From the NCBI GenBank assembly GCA_965287045.1, contig OZ336875.1, forward strand, positions 41,788,001 through 41,852,000: 64,000 nt of DNA, given 5' to 3'. The notes under the pieces are model-generated. The model saw only the letters and a list, made by a program, of their open reading frames with translations, ran no database searches and was not told the origin of the DNA. Position numbers and translations under genes: made by a program. This document shows positions 11,601-26,600 of this stretch, piece after piece (the first letter of the stretch is position 1; every line of letters begins with the position of its first letter). The DNA comes from Carcharhinus amblyrhynchos. Taxonomy: Eukaryota.

Positions 11601-14600
11601 GTTCATTCATCCATTGTCGTTGCATCTGCGTGGTCTCCCCAATGTACCATGCCTTGAGACATCCTTTCCTGCAGGGTATCGTGTAGATAACGTTGGCCGA
11701 GTTGCAAAAGTATGTACTGTGTACCTGGTGGATGGTGTTCTCATGTGAGATGATGACATCCATGTCGATGATCCGGCACGTCTTGCAGAGGTTGCTGTGG
11801 CAGGCTTGTGTGGTGTTGTGATCACTATTCTCCTGAAGGCTGGGTAGTTTGCTGCGGACAATGGTCTGTTTGAGGTTGTGCAGTTGTTTGAAGGCAAGAA
11901 GTGGGGGTATGGGAATGGCCTTGGCAAGATGTTTGTCTTCATCAATGACATGTTGAAGGCTCCAGAGAAGATGTCATAGCTTCTCTGCTCCAGGGAAGTA
12001 CTGGATGACGAAGGGTACTTTATCCACCATGTCCCGTGTTTGTCTTCTGAGGAGGTCAGTGCCGTTTTTCGCTGTGGTGCATTGGAACTGTTGATTGATG
12101 AGTCAAGTGCCATATCCTGTTCTTATGAGGGCATCTTTCAGTGTCGGGAGGTGTCTGTTGTGATCCTCCTCATCTGAGCAGATTCTGTGTATATGGAGGG
12201 CTTGTCCATAGGGGATGGTTTCTTTAATGTATTTAGGGTGGAAGCTGGAGAAGTGGAGCATTGTGAGATTATCTGTGGGCTTGTGGTACAGTGAGGTGCT
12301 GAGGTGACTGTCCTTAATGGAGATGTGTGTGTCCAAGAATGCAACCGATTCCAGAGAGTAGTCTATGGTGAGTCTGATAGTGGACCTTGACGATGTCATC
12401 ATATAGTTGTTCCAGTGATTGCTCACCATGAGTCCAAAGGAAAAAAATGTCATTGATGTATCTAGTGTATAGCATCAGCTGAAGGTCCTGTGCAGTGAAG
12501 AGGTCTTGTTTGAATATGTGCATGGAGATGTTGGCATATTGAAGTTCGAATTTGGTCCCTATGGCTGTTCCGTTTGTAAGGATGAAATACTGGTTGTTGA
12601 AGGTGAAGACATTGTGGTCCGGATGTAGTGGATGAGTTGTAAAATTGCATTGGGAAACTGGCAGTTGTCGGCATTGAGTACTGAGGCAGTTGCAGCAATG
12701 CCATTGTCGTGGGGGATGCTGGTGTAGAGTGCCAAGACATCCATTGTGACGAGGCGTGCTCCTGGTTCAACTGCTCCATATGTGCTGAGTTTCTGTAGTG
12801 TTGTGACAAAAGCTGGGGGTTCTTTGTACAATGGGTTTCAGGATGTCCTCAACATAGCTGGAGAGGTTCTCACACAGGATCCCATTGCCCGATACGATGG
12901 GACAGCCGGGTATGTTTGCCTTATGTATCTTCAGGAGTATTTCTTTATACCAGTTGACTGCTGTGTTGTCAATCAAGACTGTGGCATCAAATGAGTGATT
13001 ACAGTCATTGATTGTGTTGTGGTTGATAGAACTCCTTACCTTTTGATTGCCCACACTGTGCATCTGTATGCCTATGTGACTAATATTTGTGAACTATGGG
13101 AAGAATCAATACAATTTTTATTAAGTTGCTTAGTTGCAATGGCAAAGCTCTATATAAAAATCTTGTATCTTAAATAAATATTTGATTCAATTGTTCTTTA
13201 TATTCTAGTATGTAAATGTATCAATTTTTACATGTTGACATAGAGATGGCATCTATACGTATTTGAACTGCTTCAACAATTATTTCAAAGCACTCTTGTT
13301 CAGGGTTCTCTTAGTTTATATGTTTCCATTTATACTTTCAGAAATTCCTTTCCCAGTTTAATGTTGATTTATTTAATATTTTAGTCTATAATTATATTGA
13401 TTTGGAATTAATATAATTGTCAATTTTCCAAAAATACTTCTACATTTTTTTATTTTATAATTTTTATTAAACATATTGCAGTATTTTGTACAGCATTTCT
13501 CTGAGGTTGGAAGCATCAGTCGCTGAACTTCAACCTCAGTTTGGATCTGATGGTTGTTCTGTGAACCTGGTTGAAGTCTGCACATCTGCCATTATGATTA
13601 GAGAGATATTCTGGTTCATGGAAATTTTCTGTTTTCCCTTTCCCCTTTCCCTCTGCGATACTTTTTGAGTTGAGTTCTATTGGTCTGCACAAGTGGCGTC
13701 TTGTAGCTTGTTAGATATTGTTTTGTGGATTGGATGTCTAAAATCTAAGAATTGTTTTTTTTTAAAAATGGTCTCCCCCAGTTTTCTCTCTGTGTCAGAA
13801 AGTGTCAACTCCTTGCAATGATGTTTGAAGCCATTCTTCAACTCAAGCCTCGCCAGTGAGTGATAGCAGACTATTTGAACATATCTTTTTAACCAGACCC
13901 CGTGAGTACTGGCAGGCCTCTGGAACATTGCCTGAGTGGCCATTCTTCTTACTTGAACCTGAGTGGTGAGTGTTGGCAGGTCAGACAAAGCATCACAACC
14001 ATATCTAATCCTTTTTTGACTTGATTTTCCTATGTGTCCACTCTCAAGCTGAAGTCACTGAACGAGATTTCTGGATGATTCCTTTGCTCTGCCTACTTTA
14101 GGATGCTCTGGTCAATTGTGTCCCAAATTGTGCCCTAACTGAGAGCCATTAATTCACCCCAGAGTAGAGGTGAAAGCCTGGGCCTTCTAGTTAGAGCCAA
14201 TTGATTTCTTCAATTTACAGCTGGCTAATGGTTCAGGATTTTTCCTATGGATCCTGTGGTTGATATCCATGGTGAAGGCATTGTAAAGAATGAAGACTGA
14301 GTTTGCTGCAAATAATCACCATCTGTTATCTCTGGTGTTGGATTATAGAACATGAAGAACATGGAGAACATGAAGAGGGAGGTAATGATAATGATTCCCA
14401 ATTTCTCTTTGTATTGCCCCTGCCATCTTTTACTTATATATAACTTAACAATACAAAACAATTCCAGCACTCTTAATGTTGTAATATCATGAAGGGCAAG
14501 CATTTCAGCATTTTTTGAACTATGGCTGCACAGGGCTAATTTGTACTTCTGTACCTTGCCCAAGCAACCAAGGTATGTTGACAGATGATCTGACTTTGGA

Positions 14601-17600
14601 AGCATCACAGCAGAACCTAATCTTGTCCTCACCCAGCATCTACACATGGAGTTACAGCAGAGTATATCGATAGGGATCGTTAAGTGGGAAGTGATGTTTT
14701 TCCTATGCCTGGCTCAAAGCCATTGGGAACAACCGTAATGCTGCCACCAACATCCTGTCTGAATCCTGGCTGACTAAGCAAGGACTAAGGATTCAGCCTG
14801 GAGCCTTCCAGTAACATCTCACTTACCTACTGGGGTTTTCCCCTCGTTTTCTTTTATTGTTAGTCATTTCTTACCATACACCATCTGAGAAAATTTTGAT
14901 TTAAGTATTTCCCCTTACCTAGCTTAGCTCAGCGATGGAACTCATCCAAGGGCACAAACACTGCTCCTTACCAGTTTATAACATACACACATGATTACTA
15001 AATAACAACTGCAATGGAACTCACTTGGATCTTAATTGCTTGTTGAAAAAGTAGGTGTATGTTTTCACTGGGTGCCGAAAAGAACAAACAAATATGTGAC
15101 ATGATGTGCCAACTTTTAAATCAAATCACAGCATGAGTAGTACTGAGGGCTAGTAAGTGTCTAATATCTGCCTTCACCTAACATCAATAAAAATAATAGA
15201 TAACTTTTAAGAATAGGCTATTGGATAAATGTATTTACAATTTGATTTGGCTAACAAAAGAATGTGAAATTCTGATATATGCAATTGGTTAAAGTTTTTA
15301 AGTTTATATATTAGTGTCGCAAATGGCTTATGTTAACACTGTAATGAAGTTAGTGTGAAAATTCCCTAGTCACCACACTCTGGCACCTTTTGGGTACACT
15401 GAGGGAGAATTTAGCATGGCTAATGCACCCAACAAGCATGTCTTTCAGACTGTGAGAAGAAACTAGAGTATCCAGACGAAACCCACATGGGAGAATATGC
15501 AGACTCTGCACAGACAGTGACCTCAGCCAGGAATCAAACCTGAGTCCCTAGCATTGTGAGGCAGCAGTGCTAACCACTGTGCCGTTGTGTTAGTTAGGTG
15601 ATAGGTCAGCCTCACCCATATTAATTTCAAGAAGAAATGTTTACATTGGTTTCTTGGTATAAACTTAGCTCTGTGTGTTTAGGATGTCACCTGGACAAAG
15701 AAATTGGTTATAAAAGTGCAGTGTCAGAACAAATTAAACTTAAATATCTAACTACTTATAGAAAGTGTTTGCATATATCACGATTTCATGTTGATTTGAA
15801 TTTGGAAATGTAAATAAAATTGCAAATGAGTACTGAGTGAACTTGTAGCTCGAATGACATTTCAATTGTAAGCAAGTTTTGATGTCATGGAATTGATCTT
15901 AATTGTGGTAACAGTGAATTAAAATGTTTTTGATCTGTTAGAAAAGTTTGATCTTGAGCATGGTATGGACTTCTTTGTAGGTGCAATTATCAAAACCAAT
16001 TTTAAGTGGGTTCCATTCTACCTGTAATAATTCACAATCCTTATTCTTAAAAATCTGTCAACCCTACAAATCTCAGATTTCCAAAATCCATTTTGACATT
16101 TAATAATCACTACTTCCTCATTCATCCAACATTTTCTACTATTCTTTTCAACATTACTTGTGTCATTCAATGTGGACTTTTATCTTTCACGCTGTTCTCC
16201 TAAATCAAAGACAATGAAGGAAAAGGTTGTACTGTAACCTGACCAAGGATGGTGCAGACTAATGTGCACCTGATCAAATATCATTTCATGTGTCTACAAC
16301 GATGAACAGATTTTTTGGTTGAGAAATTTCTGCAATAAAAGGTTCAATGTTAATCTTAATATTAGTGAAAAGGGAAAATGTTCTGCATTCTTTAAAAAAT
16401 GCGATTTAGGGTGAGTTGATTGCCTTTAGCAAAGGGATAAGCCTGAAATGTCAGGAATTTAAGAGTGTTGGAATGATACTTGTGATTTTTTTGTTTGGGT
16501 TCATGTGTAACAAAGTTGTCCTTTATTTCAACTATCAGATGGTTTTTCTGCATGCTGAAGTGAATTGCGGTGAAAGTTGTATTAATGGTGTCAGGGTGTG
16601 ATGTTTTGTTCTTGTGCAGATTTTAAATTGTATACTGGTGTCTCCTGATGTAACTTATAACATATTGATGTCAATATTGTTCCTTTTCTGCTTTTCCACC
16701 TTGTGCTTTTCAATTGTCTGCACTGCTGCTTTTCTGCTTGCTGCATGCTAACGCCATCTTCAGAAGAAGGTATGTGGTATAAGTTAATTTTATCCCTACC
16801 TTTTCCTTATTCATTAATTTTTCCCTCACACTCCTTTGTCCTTTCCTTCGCCCTGAGCATTTCTTAGTTTTAGTTAGTTTTAGCATTTCTCTTTTTCCTT
16901 CTTTCTCCCTTATCTTTCCATTGCTCTGCTGTGCCCTGATTTTTTTCTTCATTCTACTGTTTAACCCTTATCTTGTTTTCTCTTGTTTACCTTTTCTCTT
17001 TCCATCATCGTTTCCTCTTGTATTGGTTTCCCTTTCTTCTCCAGCTTCATTTTCTTTTCTTTTCTTGTTTATTCTAGAATCCTGTATTTTCCTTTAATTG
17101 CAATGTTGTGAATCCTCTAGTTTTCCCAATAATTGCATATCCTCCCTGTTATAACTGTGTACGCTTCATTATCCCCAACACTTGTGTATCCTAGACTATC
17201 CCAAATATTCTATTTCCTTCATTATTACGATATTTCTGTATCCTCCATTTTCCCCTATAATTATGTATCCTACATTATCCCTAATAATTGTCTACTCTAC
17301 ACTATCCCCAATAATCCTGATTCCTACATTATCCCAATAATATCCTTCGTTATCCTCAATAATTTTGTTCATTATCCCTAATCATTCTACATCCCCCATT
17401 ACCAATTATTGTGCACCCTTCCATAGCTCTAATCCTTTTGCATCTATTCCTTCCTTTTCAGTTCGTATGTATTCTTCTTTCCCATTCAATTTCCATGGTT
17501 ATCCCCAAAAAGTGTATATCACTCATTACCCCAATCATCATGTGATATCTTGAAATTTCCCTTGTTATTATTACTACTTATAGAAATTCAGGAATTTTTA

Positions 17601-20600
17601 ATTGGGATAATTTGAGCAGCTTTTGATTGGGAGAGATATGATAAATACTTAACTATTGGGCTATTAATTGTTCTGAGGCTAGACAACCTTTGTGTTAAGT
17701 TAGTGATGCTGAAAAGTGACCCTTGTTGCTTTTTGTTAATTTATTGGTTCATTTTGATGTTGTTCTGTTTCTGGCATGTTCTTGTCTTTTGCTTTTCAAT
17801 GCTCAGTATTAAAACAAATTTTGCTTCTTTGTATTTGCTACTTGTTGTATGTACCTGGCATTTCCCAGAAGCGTACGCTGAAGAAGGTATGTCGCTGTCT
17901 GTTATTCCAAGTCACCTTTCCTGGAAACATTTTAGACCAGTTATATTTTGGAACTGTCAGACTCTCTGATAATGGGAATAGTTTTATCCCGCCCTGCTTG
18001 GTGAACACAGTTAAAGTAGCTGTGCAAAGACCTTCCCACTAAATACTATCTTAACTGGGCCCTTCATACATGTCTGAGATGTCTGCCTGATTCATTTGGG
18101 ATATCATTAGTGACTTTCTTCCTCTTCCCGTACCTCGTGGTGCACAAAGGCAAACTTTTGTCTGTTTCCACAGCAAATTATTCCTGCGATAGGTCACTCA
18201 CTAATTTATTGTCAGCGGCTTATAGCTTGAGAGGTGCCACTCTGCATCAATCCTGGCTGACCAGTTGTCTCTCCATTCCTACTCCCTGCCATTGGCACGT
18301 TGAAATGATTTTGCAGGCTGAAACTCAACTTGTTTGTCCGCGTTTTGAGCGCACTTTCCATAGCTCTCAGATCCTGGGCTTGGACTCGAACCCTGAGCTT
18401 CTAGCTCAGAGGTAGCGATACTATTCACTGTGTCCCAAGACCTCATCATTACTGATATCTAGAATATTATTTGGGCTCAATAGCTTATTGAGCAGGGTGC
18501 TCATGTGAACCACCTGTTCTTCAAAATGTGGAAGGAAAGTGAAGGAACAAGTCCTCTAATTCGAGTGGCCATCTGGAGGAGAAGGGCTGGCGCGATTCAA
18601 AAGATGTGAATCAGCTGGATGGATTAAAATGGAAAGGAGAATTTACTACTGTGGACAAACGTTTTCCTACAAAATATAACCCAAATTCGCGCTGACATCT
18701 CTTTGCCAAGTCCAAATCAAAATGGAAGGGGTTTTGGAAAAGATATGCATAGGTCATAACTGGAGTTGTGATGTTGCATGGGAACATAGAAACAGGAGTG
18801 GATTATCGTTAAGGCAGTCACTGTACTCGCACCTACCTTCTTCAAACCCTGGAATGGGAACCATGTGGCCCTGGTTACCGTCACTTTTTTCATGCCATTC
18901 ATTTATCCATTACTGTTATCTTGTTTCTGCTAATGTTGCTTCAATTCTTTGCCTGATTCAATGGGTTTCCTTGGGATATCTAAAATGCTGACCTCTTTCT
19001 CTAAGTGCAAAAGTAAGCCAATTATTCAACATGCCAGATATTTCCTTATTACCCTTACTGATGATTGTGTCAACATTATCAGTTTTTAAGAGGCCAACAT
19101 TGCTTCTGAGCACCCTTTTCTCCCCCTGATTGTAATTGTGAGTTGTTTTATGTTAATTTGTTTTCATCCTCCCTTTTTGTGGCTTTGTAGTCCCTTATTG
19201 TTCTTTGTATCTCTCCCAGCTGCCAGGGTCTGTGTTTTATATCCTCTTTCTTTTAATTTTTGTGTTGATTCTTACCTCTTTAGTTGTCCCTAGCTGCTTA
19301 TTTGGCAAGCAGAAACACTTGTCTTTTAGAAGTATAGACTGTTCTGTATCACAAATTCATTACTTAACACCTCTCACCAACCTTCTACTTAACCCATTTA
19401 CACATTTGCCCCTTTTGTTGCGAAGCATTTCTGCCTCATTTCATTGAAGTCAGCCTTACCTAAAATCTAGAGTCTTAATAGCTATTCCCTTCAAACTCAG
19501 TTTGGATCTGATGGTTGTTCTGTGAACCTGATTAAAGTCTGCACATCTGCCATTATGATTAGAGAGATATTCTGGTTCATGGAAATTTTCTGTTTTCCCT
19601 TTCCCCTTTCCCTCTGCGATACTTTTTGAGTTGAGTTCTATTGGTCTGCACAAGTGGCGTCTTGTAGCTTGTTAGATATTGTTTTGTGGATTGGATGTCT
19701 AAAATCTAAGAATTGTTTTTTTTTAAAAATGGTCTCCCCCAGTTTTCTCTCTGTGTCAGGAAGTGTCAACTCCTTGCAATGATGTTTGAAGCCATTCTTC
19801 AACTCAAGCCTTGCCAGTGAGTGATAGCAGACTATTTGAACATATCTTTTTAACCAGACCCCGTGAGTACTGGCAGGCCTCTGGAACATTGCCTGAGTGG
19901 CCATTCTTCTTACTTGAACCTGAGTGGTGAGTGTTGGCAGGTCAGACAAAGCATCACAACCATATCTAATCCTTTTTTGACTTGATTTTCCTATGTGTCC
20001 ACTCTCGAGCTGAAGTCACTGAACGAGATTTCTGGATGATTCCTTTGCTCTGCCTACTTTAGGATGCTCTGGTCAATTGTGTCCCAAATTGTGCCCTAAC
20101 TGAGAGCCATTAATTCACCCCAGAGTAGAGGTGAAAGCCTGGGCCTTCTAGTTAGAGCCAATTGATTTCTTCAATTTACAGCTGGCTAATGGTTCAGGAT
20201 TTTTCCTATGGATCCTGTGGTTGATATCCATGGTGAAGGCAGTGTAAAGAATGAAGACTGAGTTTGCTGCAAATAATCACCATCTGTTATCTCTGGTGTT
20301 GGATTATAGAACATGAAGAACATGGAGAACATGAAGAGGGAGGTAATGATAATGATTCCCAATTTCTCTTTGTATTGCCCCTGCCATCTTTTACTTATAT
20401 ATAACTTAACAATACAAACAATTCCAGCACTCTTAATGTTGTAATATCATGAAGGGCAAGCATTTCAGCATTTTTTGAACTATGGCTGCACAGGGCTAAT
20501 TTGTACTTCTGTACCTTGCCCAAGCAACCAAGGTATGTTGACAGATGATCTGACTTTGGAAGCATCACAGCAGAACCTAATCTTGTCCTCACCCAGCATC

Positions 20601-23600
20601 TACACATGGAGTTACAGCAGAGTATATCGATAGGGATCGTTAAGTGGGAAGTGATGTTTTTCCTATGCCTGGCTCAAAGCCATTGGGAACAACCGTAATG
20701 CTGCCACCAACATCCTGTCTGAATCCTGGCTGACTAAGCAAGGACTAAGGATTCAGCCTGGAGCCTTCCAGTAACATCTCACTTACCTACTGGGGTTTTC
20801 CCCTCGTTTTCTTTTATTGTTAGTCATTTCTTACCATACACCATCTGAGAAAATTTTGATTTAAGTATTTCCCCTTACCTAGCTTAGCTCAGCGATGGAA
20901 CTCATCCAAGGGCACAAACACTGCTCCTTACCAGTTTATAACACACACACATGATTACTAAATAACAACTGCAATGGAACTCACTTGGATCTTAATTGCT
21001 TGTTGAAAAAGTAGGTGTATGTTTTCACTGGGTGCAGAAAAGAACAAACAAATATGTGACATGATGTGCCAACTTTTAAATCAAATCACAGCATGAGTAG
21101 TACTGAGGGCTAGTAAGTGTCTAATATCTGCCTTCACCTAACATCAATAAAAATAATAGATAACTTTTAAGAATAGGCTATTGGATAAATGTATTTACAA
21201 TTTGATTTGGCTAACAAAAGAATGTGAAATTCTGATATATGCAATTGGTTAAAGTTTTTAAGTTTATATATTAGTGTCGCAAATGGCTTATGTTAACACT
21301 GTAATGAAGTTAGTGTGAAAATTCCCTAGTCACCACACTCTGGCACCTTTTGGGTACACTGAGGGAGAATTTAGCATGGCTAATGCACCCAACAAGCATG
21401 TCTTTCAGACTGTGAGAAGAAACTAGAGTATCCAGACGAAACCCACATGGGAGAATATGCAGACTCTGCACAGACAGTGACCTCAGCCAGGAATCAAACC
21501 TGAGTCCCTAGCATTGTGAGGCAGCAGTGCTAACCACTGTGCCGTTGTGTTAGTTAGGTGATAGGTCAGCCTCACCCATATTAATTTCAAGAAGAAATGT
21601 TTACATTGGTTTCTTGGTATAAACTTAGCTCTGTGTGTTTAGGATGTCACCTGGACAAAGAAATTGGTTATAAAAGTGCAGTGTCAGAACAAATTAAACT
21701 TAAATATCTAACTACTTATAGAAAGTGTTTGCATATATCACGATTTCATGTTGATTTGAATTTGGAAATGTAAATAAAATTGCAAATGAGTACTGAGTGA
21801 ATTTGTAGCTCGAATGACATTTCAATTGTAAGCAAGTTTTGATGTCATGGAATTGATCTTAATTGTGGTAACAGTGAATTAAAATGTTTTTGATCTGTTA
21901 GAAAAGTTTGATCTTCAGCATGGTATGGACTTCTTTGTAGGTGCAATTATCAAAACCAATTTTAAGTGGGTTCCATTCTACCTGTAATAATTCACAATCC
22001 TTATTCTTAAAAATCTGTCAACCCTACAAATCTCAGATTTCCAAAATCCATTTTGACATTTAATAATCACTACTTCCTCATTCATCCAACATTTTCTACT
22101 ATTCTTTTCAACATTACTTGTGTCATTCAATGTGGACTTTTATCTTTCACGCTGTTCTCCTAAATCAAAGACAATGAAGAAAAAGGTTGTACTGTAACCT
22201 GACCAAGGATGGTGCAGACTAATGTGCACCTGATCAAATATCATTTCATGTGTCTACAACGATGAACAGATTTTTTGGTTGAGAAATTTCTGCAATAAAA
22301 GGTTCAATGTTAATCTTAATATTAGTGAAAAGGGAAAATGTTCTGCATTCTTTAAAAAATGCGATTTAGGGTGAGTTGATTGCCTTTAGCAAAGGGATAA
22401 GCCTGAAATGTCAGGAATTTAAGAGTGTTGGAATGATACTTGTGATTTTTTTGATTGGGTTCATGTGTAACAAGGTTGTCCTTTATTTCAACTATCAGAT
22501 GGTTTTTCTGCATGCTGAAGTGAATTGCGGTGAAAGTTGTATTAATGGTGTCAGGGTGTGATGTTTTGTTCTTGTGCAGATTTTAAATTGTATACTGGTG
22601 TCTCCTGATATAACTTATAACATATTGATGTCAATATTGTTCCTTTTCTGCTTTTCCACCTTGTGCTTTTCAATTGTCTGCACTGCTGCTTTTCTGCTTG
22701 CTGCATGCTAATGCCATCTTCAGAAGAAGGTATGTGGTATAAGCTAATTTTATCCCTACCTTTTCCTTATTCATTAATTTTTCCCTCCCACTCCTTTGTC
22801 CTTTCCTTCACCCTGAGCATTTCTTAGTTTTAGTTAGTTTTAGCATTTCTCTTTTTCCTTCTTTCTCCCTTATCTTTCCACTGCTCTGCTGTGCCCTGAT
22901 TTTTTTCTTCATTCTACTGTTTAACCCTTATCTTGTTTTCTCTTGTTTACCTTTTCTCTTTCCATCATCGTTTCCTCTTGTATTGGTTTCCCTTTCTTCT
23001 CCAGCTTCATTTTCTTTTCTTGTTTATTCTAGAATCCTGTATTTTCCTTTAATTGCAATGTTGTGAATCCTCTAGTTTTCCCAATAATTACATATCCTCC
23101 CTGTTATAACTGTGTACGCTTCATTATCCCCAACACTTGTGTATCCTAGACTATCCCAAATATTCTGTTTCCTTCATTATTACAATATTTCTGTATCCTC
23201 CATTTTCCCCTATAATTATGTATCCTACATTATCCCTAATAATTGTCTACTCTACACTATCCCCAATAATCCTGATTCCTACATTATCCCAATAATATCC
23301 TTCGTTATCCTCAATAATTTTGTTCATTATCCCTAATCATTCTACATCCCCCATTACCAATTATTGTGCACCCTTCCATAGCTCTAATCCTTTTGCATCT
23401 ATTCCTTCCTTTTCAGTTCGTATGTATTCTTCTTTCCCATTCAATTTCCATGGTTATCCCCAAAAAGTGTATATCACTCATTACCCCAATCATCATGTGA
23501 TGTCTTGAAATTTCCCTTGTTATTATTACTACTTATAGAAATTCAGGAATTTTTAATTGGGATAATTTGAGCAGCTTTTGATTGGGAGAGATATGATAAA

Positions 23601-26600
23601 TACTTAACTATTGGGCTATTAATTGTTCTGAGGCTAGACAACCTTTGTGTTAAGTTAGTGATGCTGAAAAGTGACCCTTGTTGCTTTTTGTTAATTTATT
23701 GGTTCATTTTGATGTTGTTCTGTTTCTGGCATGTTCTTGTCTTTTGCTTTTCAATGCTCAGTATTAAAACAAATTTTGCTTCTTTGTATTTGCTACTTGT
23801 TGTATGTACCTGGCATTTCCCAGAAGCGTACGCTGAAGAAGGTATGTCGCTGTCTGTTATTCCAAGTCACCTTTCCTGGAAACATTTTAGACCAGTTACA
23901 TTTTGGAACTGTCAGACTCTCTGATAATGGGAATAGTTTTATCCCGCCCTGCTTGGTGAACACAGTTAAAGTAGCTGTGCAAAGACCTTCCCACTAAATA
24001 CTATCTTAACTGGGCCCTTCATACATGTCTGAGATGTCTGCCTGATTCATTTGGGATATCATTAGTGACTTTCTTCCTCTTCCCGTACCTCGTGGTGCAC
24101 AAAGGCAAACTTTTGTCTGTTTCCACAGCAAATTATTCCTGCGATAGGTCACTCACTAATTTATTGTCAGCGGCTTATAGCTTGAGAGGTGCCACTCTGC
24201 ATCAATCCTGGCTGACCAGTTGTCTCTCCATTCCTACTCCCTGCCATTGGCACGTTGAAATGATTTTGCAGGCTGAAACTCAACTTGTTTGTCCGCGTTT
24301 TGAGCGCACTTTCCATAGCTCTCAGATCCTGGGCTTGGACTCGAACCCTGAGCTTCTAGCTCAGAGGTAGCGATACTATTCACTGCGTCCCAAGACCTCA
24401 TCATTACTGATATCTAGAATATTATTTGGGCTCAATAGCTTATTGAGCAGGATGCTCATGTGAACCACCTGTTCTTCAAAATGTGGAAGGAAAGTGAAGG
24501 AACAAGTCCTCTAATTCGAGTGGCCATCTGGAGGAGAAGGGCTGGCGCGATTCAAAAGATGTGAATCAGCTGGATGGATTAAAATGGAAAGGAGAATTTA
24601 CTACTGTGGACAAACGTTTTCCTACAAAATATAACCCAAATTCGCGCTGACATCTCTTTGCCAAGTCCAAATCAAAATGGAAGGGGTTTTGGAAAAGATA
24701 TGCATAGGTCATAACTGGAGTTGTGATGTTGCATGGGAACATAGAAACAGGAGTGGATTATCGTTAAGGCAGTCACTGTACTCGCACCTACCTTCTTCAA
24801 ACCCTGGAATGGGAACCATGTGGCCCTGGTTACCGTCACTTTTTTCATGCCATTCATTTATCCATTACTGTTATCTTGTTTCTGCTAATGTTGCTTCAAT
24901 TCTTTGCCTGATTCAATGGGTTTCCTTGGGATATCTAAAATGCTGACCTCTTTCTCTAAGTGCAAAAGTAAGCCAATTATTCAACATGCCAGATATTTCC
25001 TTATTACCCTTACTGATGATTGTGTCAACATTATCAGTTTTTAAGAGGCCAACATTGCTTCTGAGCACCCTTTTCTCCCCCTGATTGTAATTGTGAGTTG
25101 TTTTATGTTAATTTGTTTTCATCCTCCCTTTTTGTGGCTTTGTAGTCCCTTATTGTTCTTTGTATCTCTCCCAGCTGCCAGGGTCTGTGTTTTATATCCT
25201 CTTTCTTTTAATTTTTGTGTTGATTCTTACCTCTTTAGTTGTCCCTAGCTGCTTATTTGGCAAGCAGAAACACTTGTCTTTTAGAAGTATAGACTGTTCT
25301 GTATCACAAATTCATTACTGAACACCTCTCACCAACCTTCTACTTAACCCATTTACACATTTGCCCCTTTTGTTGCGAAGCATTTCTGCCTCATTTCATT
25401 GAAGTCAGCCTTACCTAAAATCTAGAGTCTTAATAGCTATTCCCTTTCAAACACCATGTTGAACTCTGTCACATTAGGTAAATGCTTATGCATTTTTAGG
25501 GGTGTTAACTAAACCTATCTCATTACTTAATCTAATTTGCTCCCTTGTTGGTTCTTGGGCATGCATTGCAGAACACACTCAAGAAATTCATCACCTTTCT
25601 GACATATCTGCCTATCCCAATTGATATGAGAGTTACAATCCTCCATTAAAACCACTCTACCATTGCTAGACACTTGTCTATTCTCAGTGTTTATACAAGG
25701 CACCATAAACACCTTGTGCCAGGAGACGTATGCACAACTCTCACAAGTCTTAAATCTTTTTTTATTTCTTATTTCTACCCATAAAGTCTCCACCTCCCAT
25801 TATATACTCTGAAAGTGGACTGTCCAATGTGAAAAATAAGACCAGTGACAACCAAAAAAATCTGTTGGTTTGGTTTATATTCTAAACAGCAATCTTTTGT
25901 TGTTTTGAGTAAAAGACATATTATTAAATCTACAATTCATGATGTTGGTCATATCAAAACCTAATATAATTGTTTGAGTGTGAATGTTATACGTTATGTT
26001 ACCTTCTATATGTTTTGCCACCATCCAATATTTATGATACAGCTGAAGATTTGTCAGTGGCTTAGTATTTGTTCACGGACAGTTTATTAAACATAGCTTT
26101 GAATGCTACGTAACCCGGCTTCATATTTATGATGATGGATGAAGAATGTTTGAACACTGACAAAGGACAAATATGGAGACTGTTTATCCCTGTTGGTGTG
26201 AAAGATTTTTATTCCTGACGTTCAGGAATATAAGGGTGATTGAATGATATCTATCATGTTTTTATTTTGGGTTCATGTCTGTCGAAGTGCGCTTTGTTGT
26301 AACAATTAATTGGTGTATGTTACCTAAGTAAGTTTGGAGTGAATGTATGTGAAGGAGGAGACTTTTGCTTCTGTGTATATTTCTCTTTATTCTTATACTA
26401 GTTTTTACTGCTAACAAATATAAGTAAAAGTCAATATTGTTCCTTTTATGCTTTTCTGTCTTGTCCCTTTCAATCCCTGCATTGCTTCTTTTCTGCTTGC
26501 TGTACATTAACACCATTTTCAGAAGAGATTGCTGAAGAAGGTATGTAATGCAATATCCATTTACGCTCCCTTTTTTTTCTTTTTTCCTCTTATTGTCCTT

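Larger units (their letters stand above)
13535..25452 (+). repeat. Recent ~5.96-kb tandem duplication (copy 1 13535-19495, copy 2 19496-25452)
   Basis: Near-identical sequence at an offset of 5955-5961 nt (ORF track repeats too); a few dozen substitutions and small indels. Confidence 0.95.
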
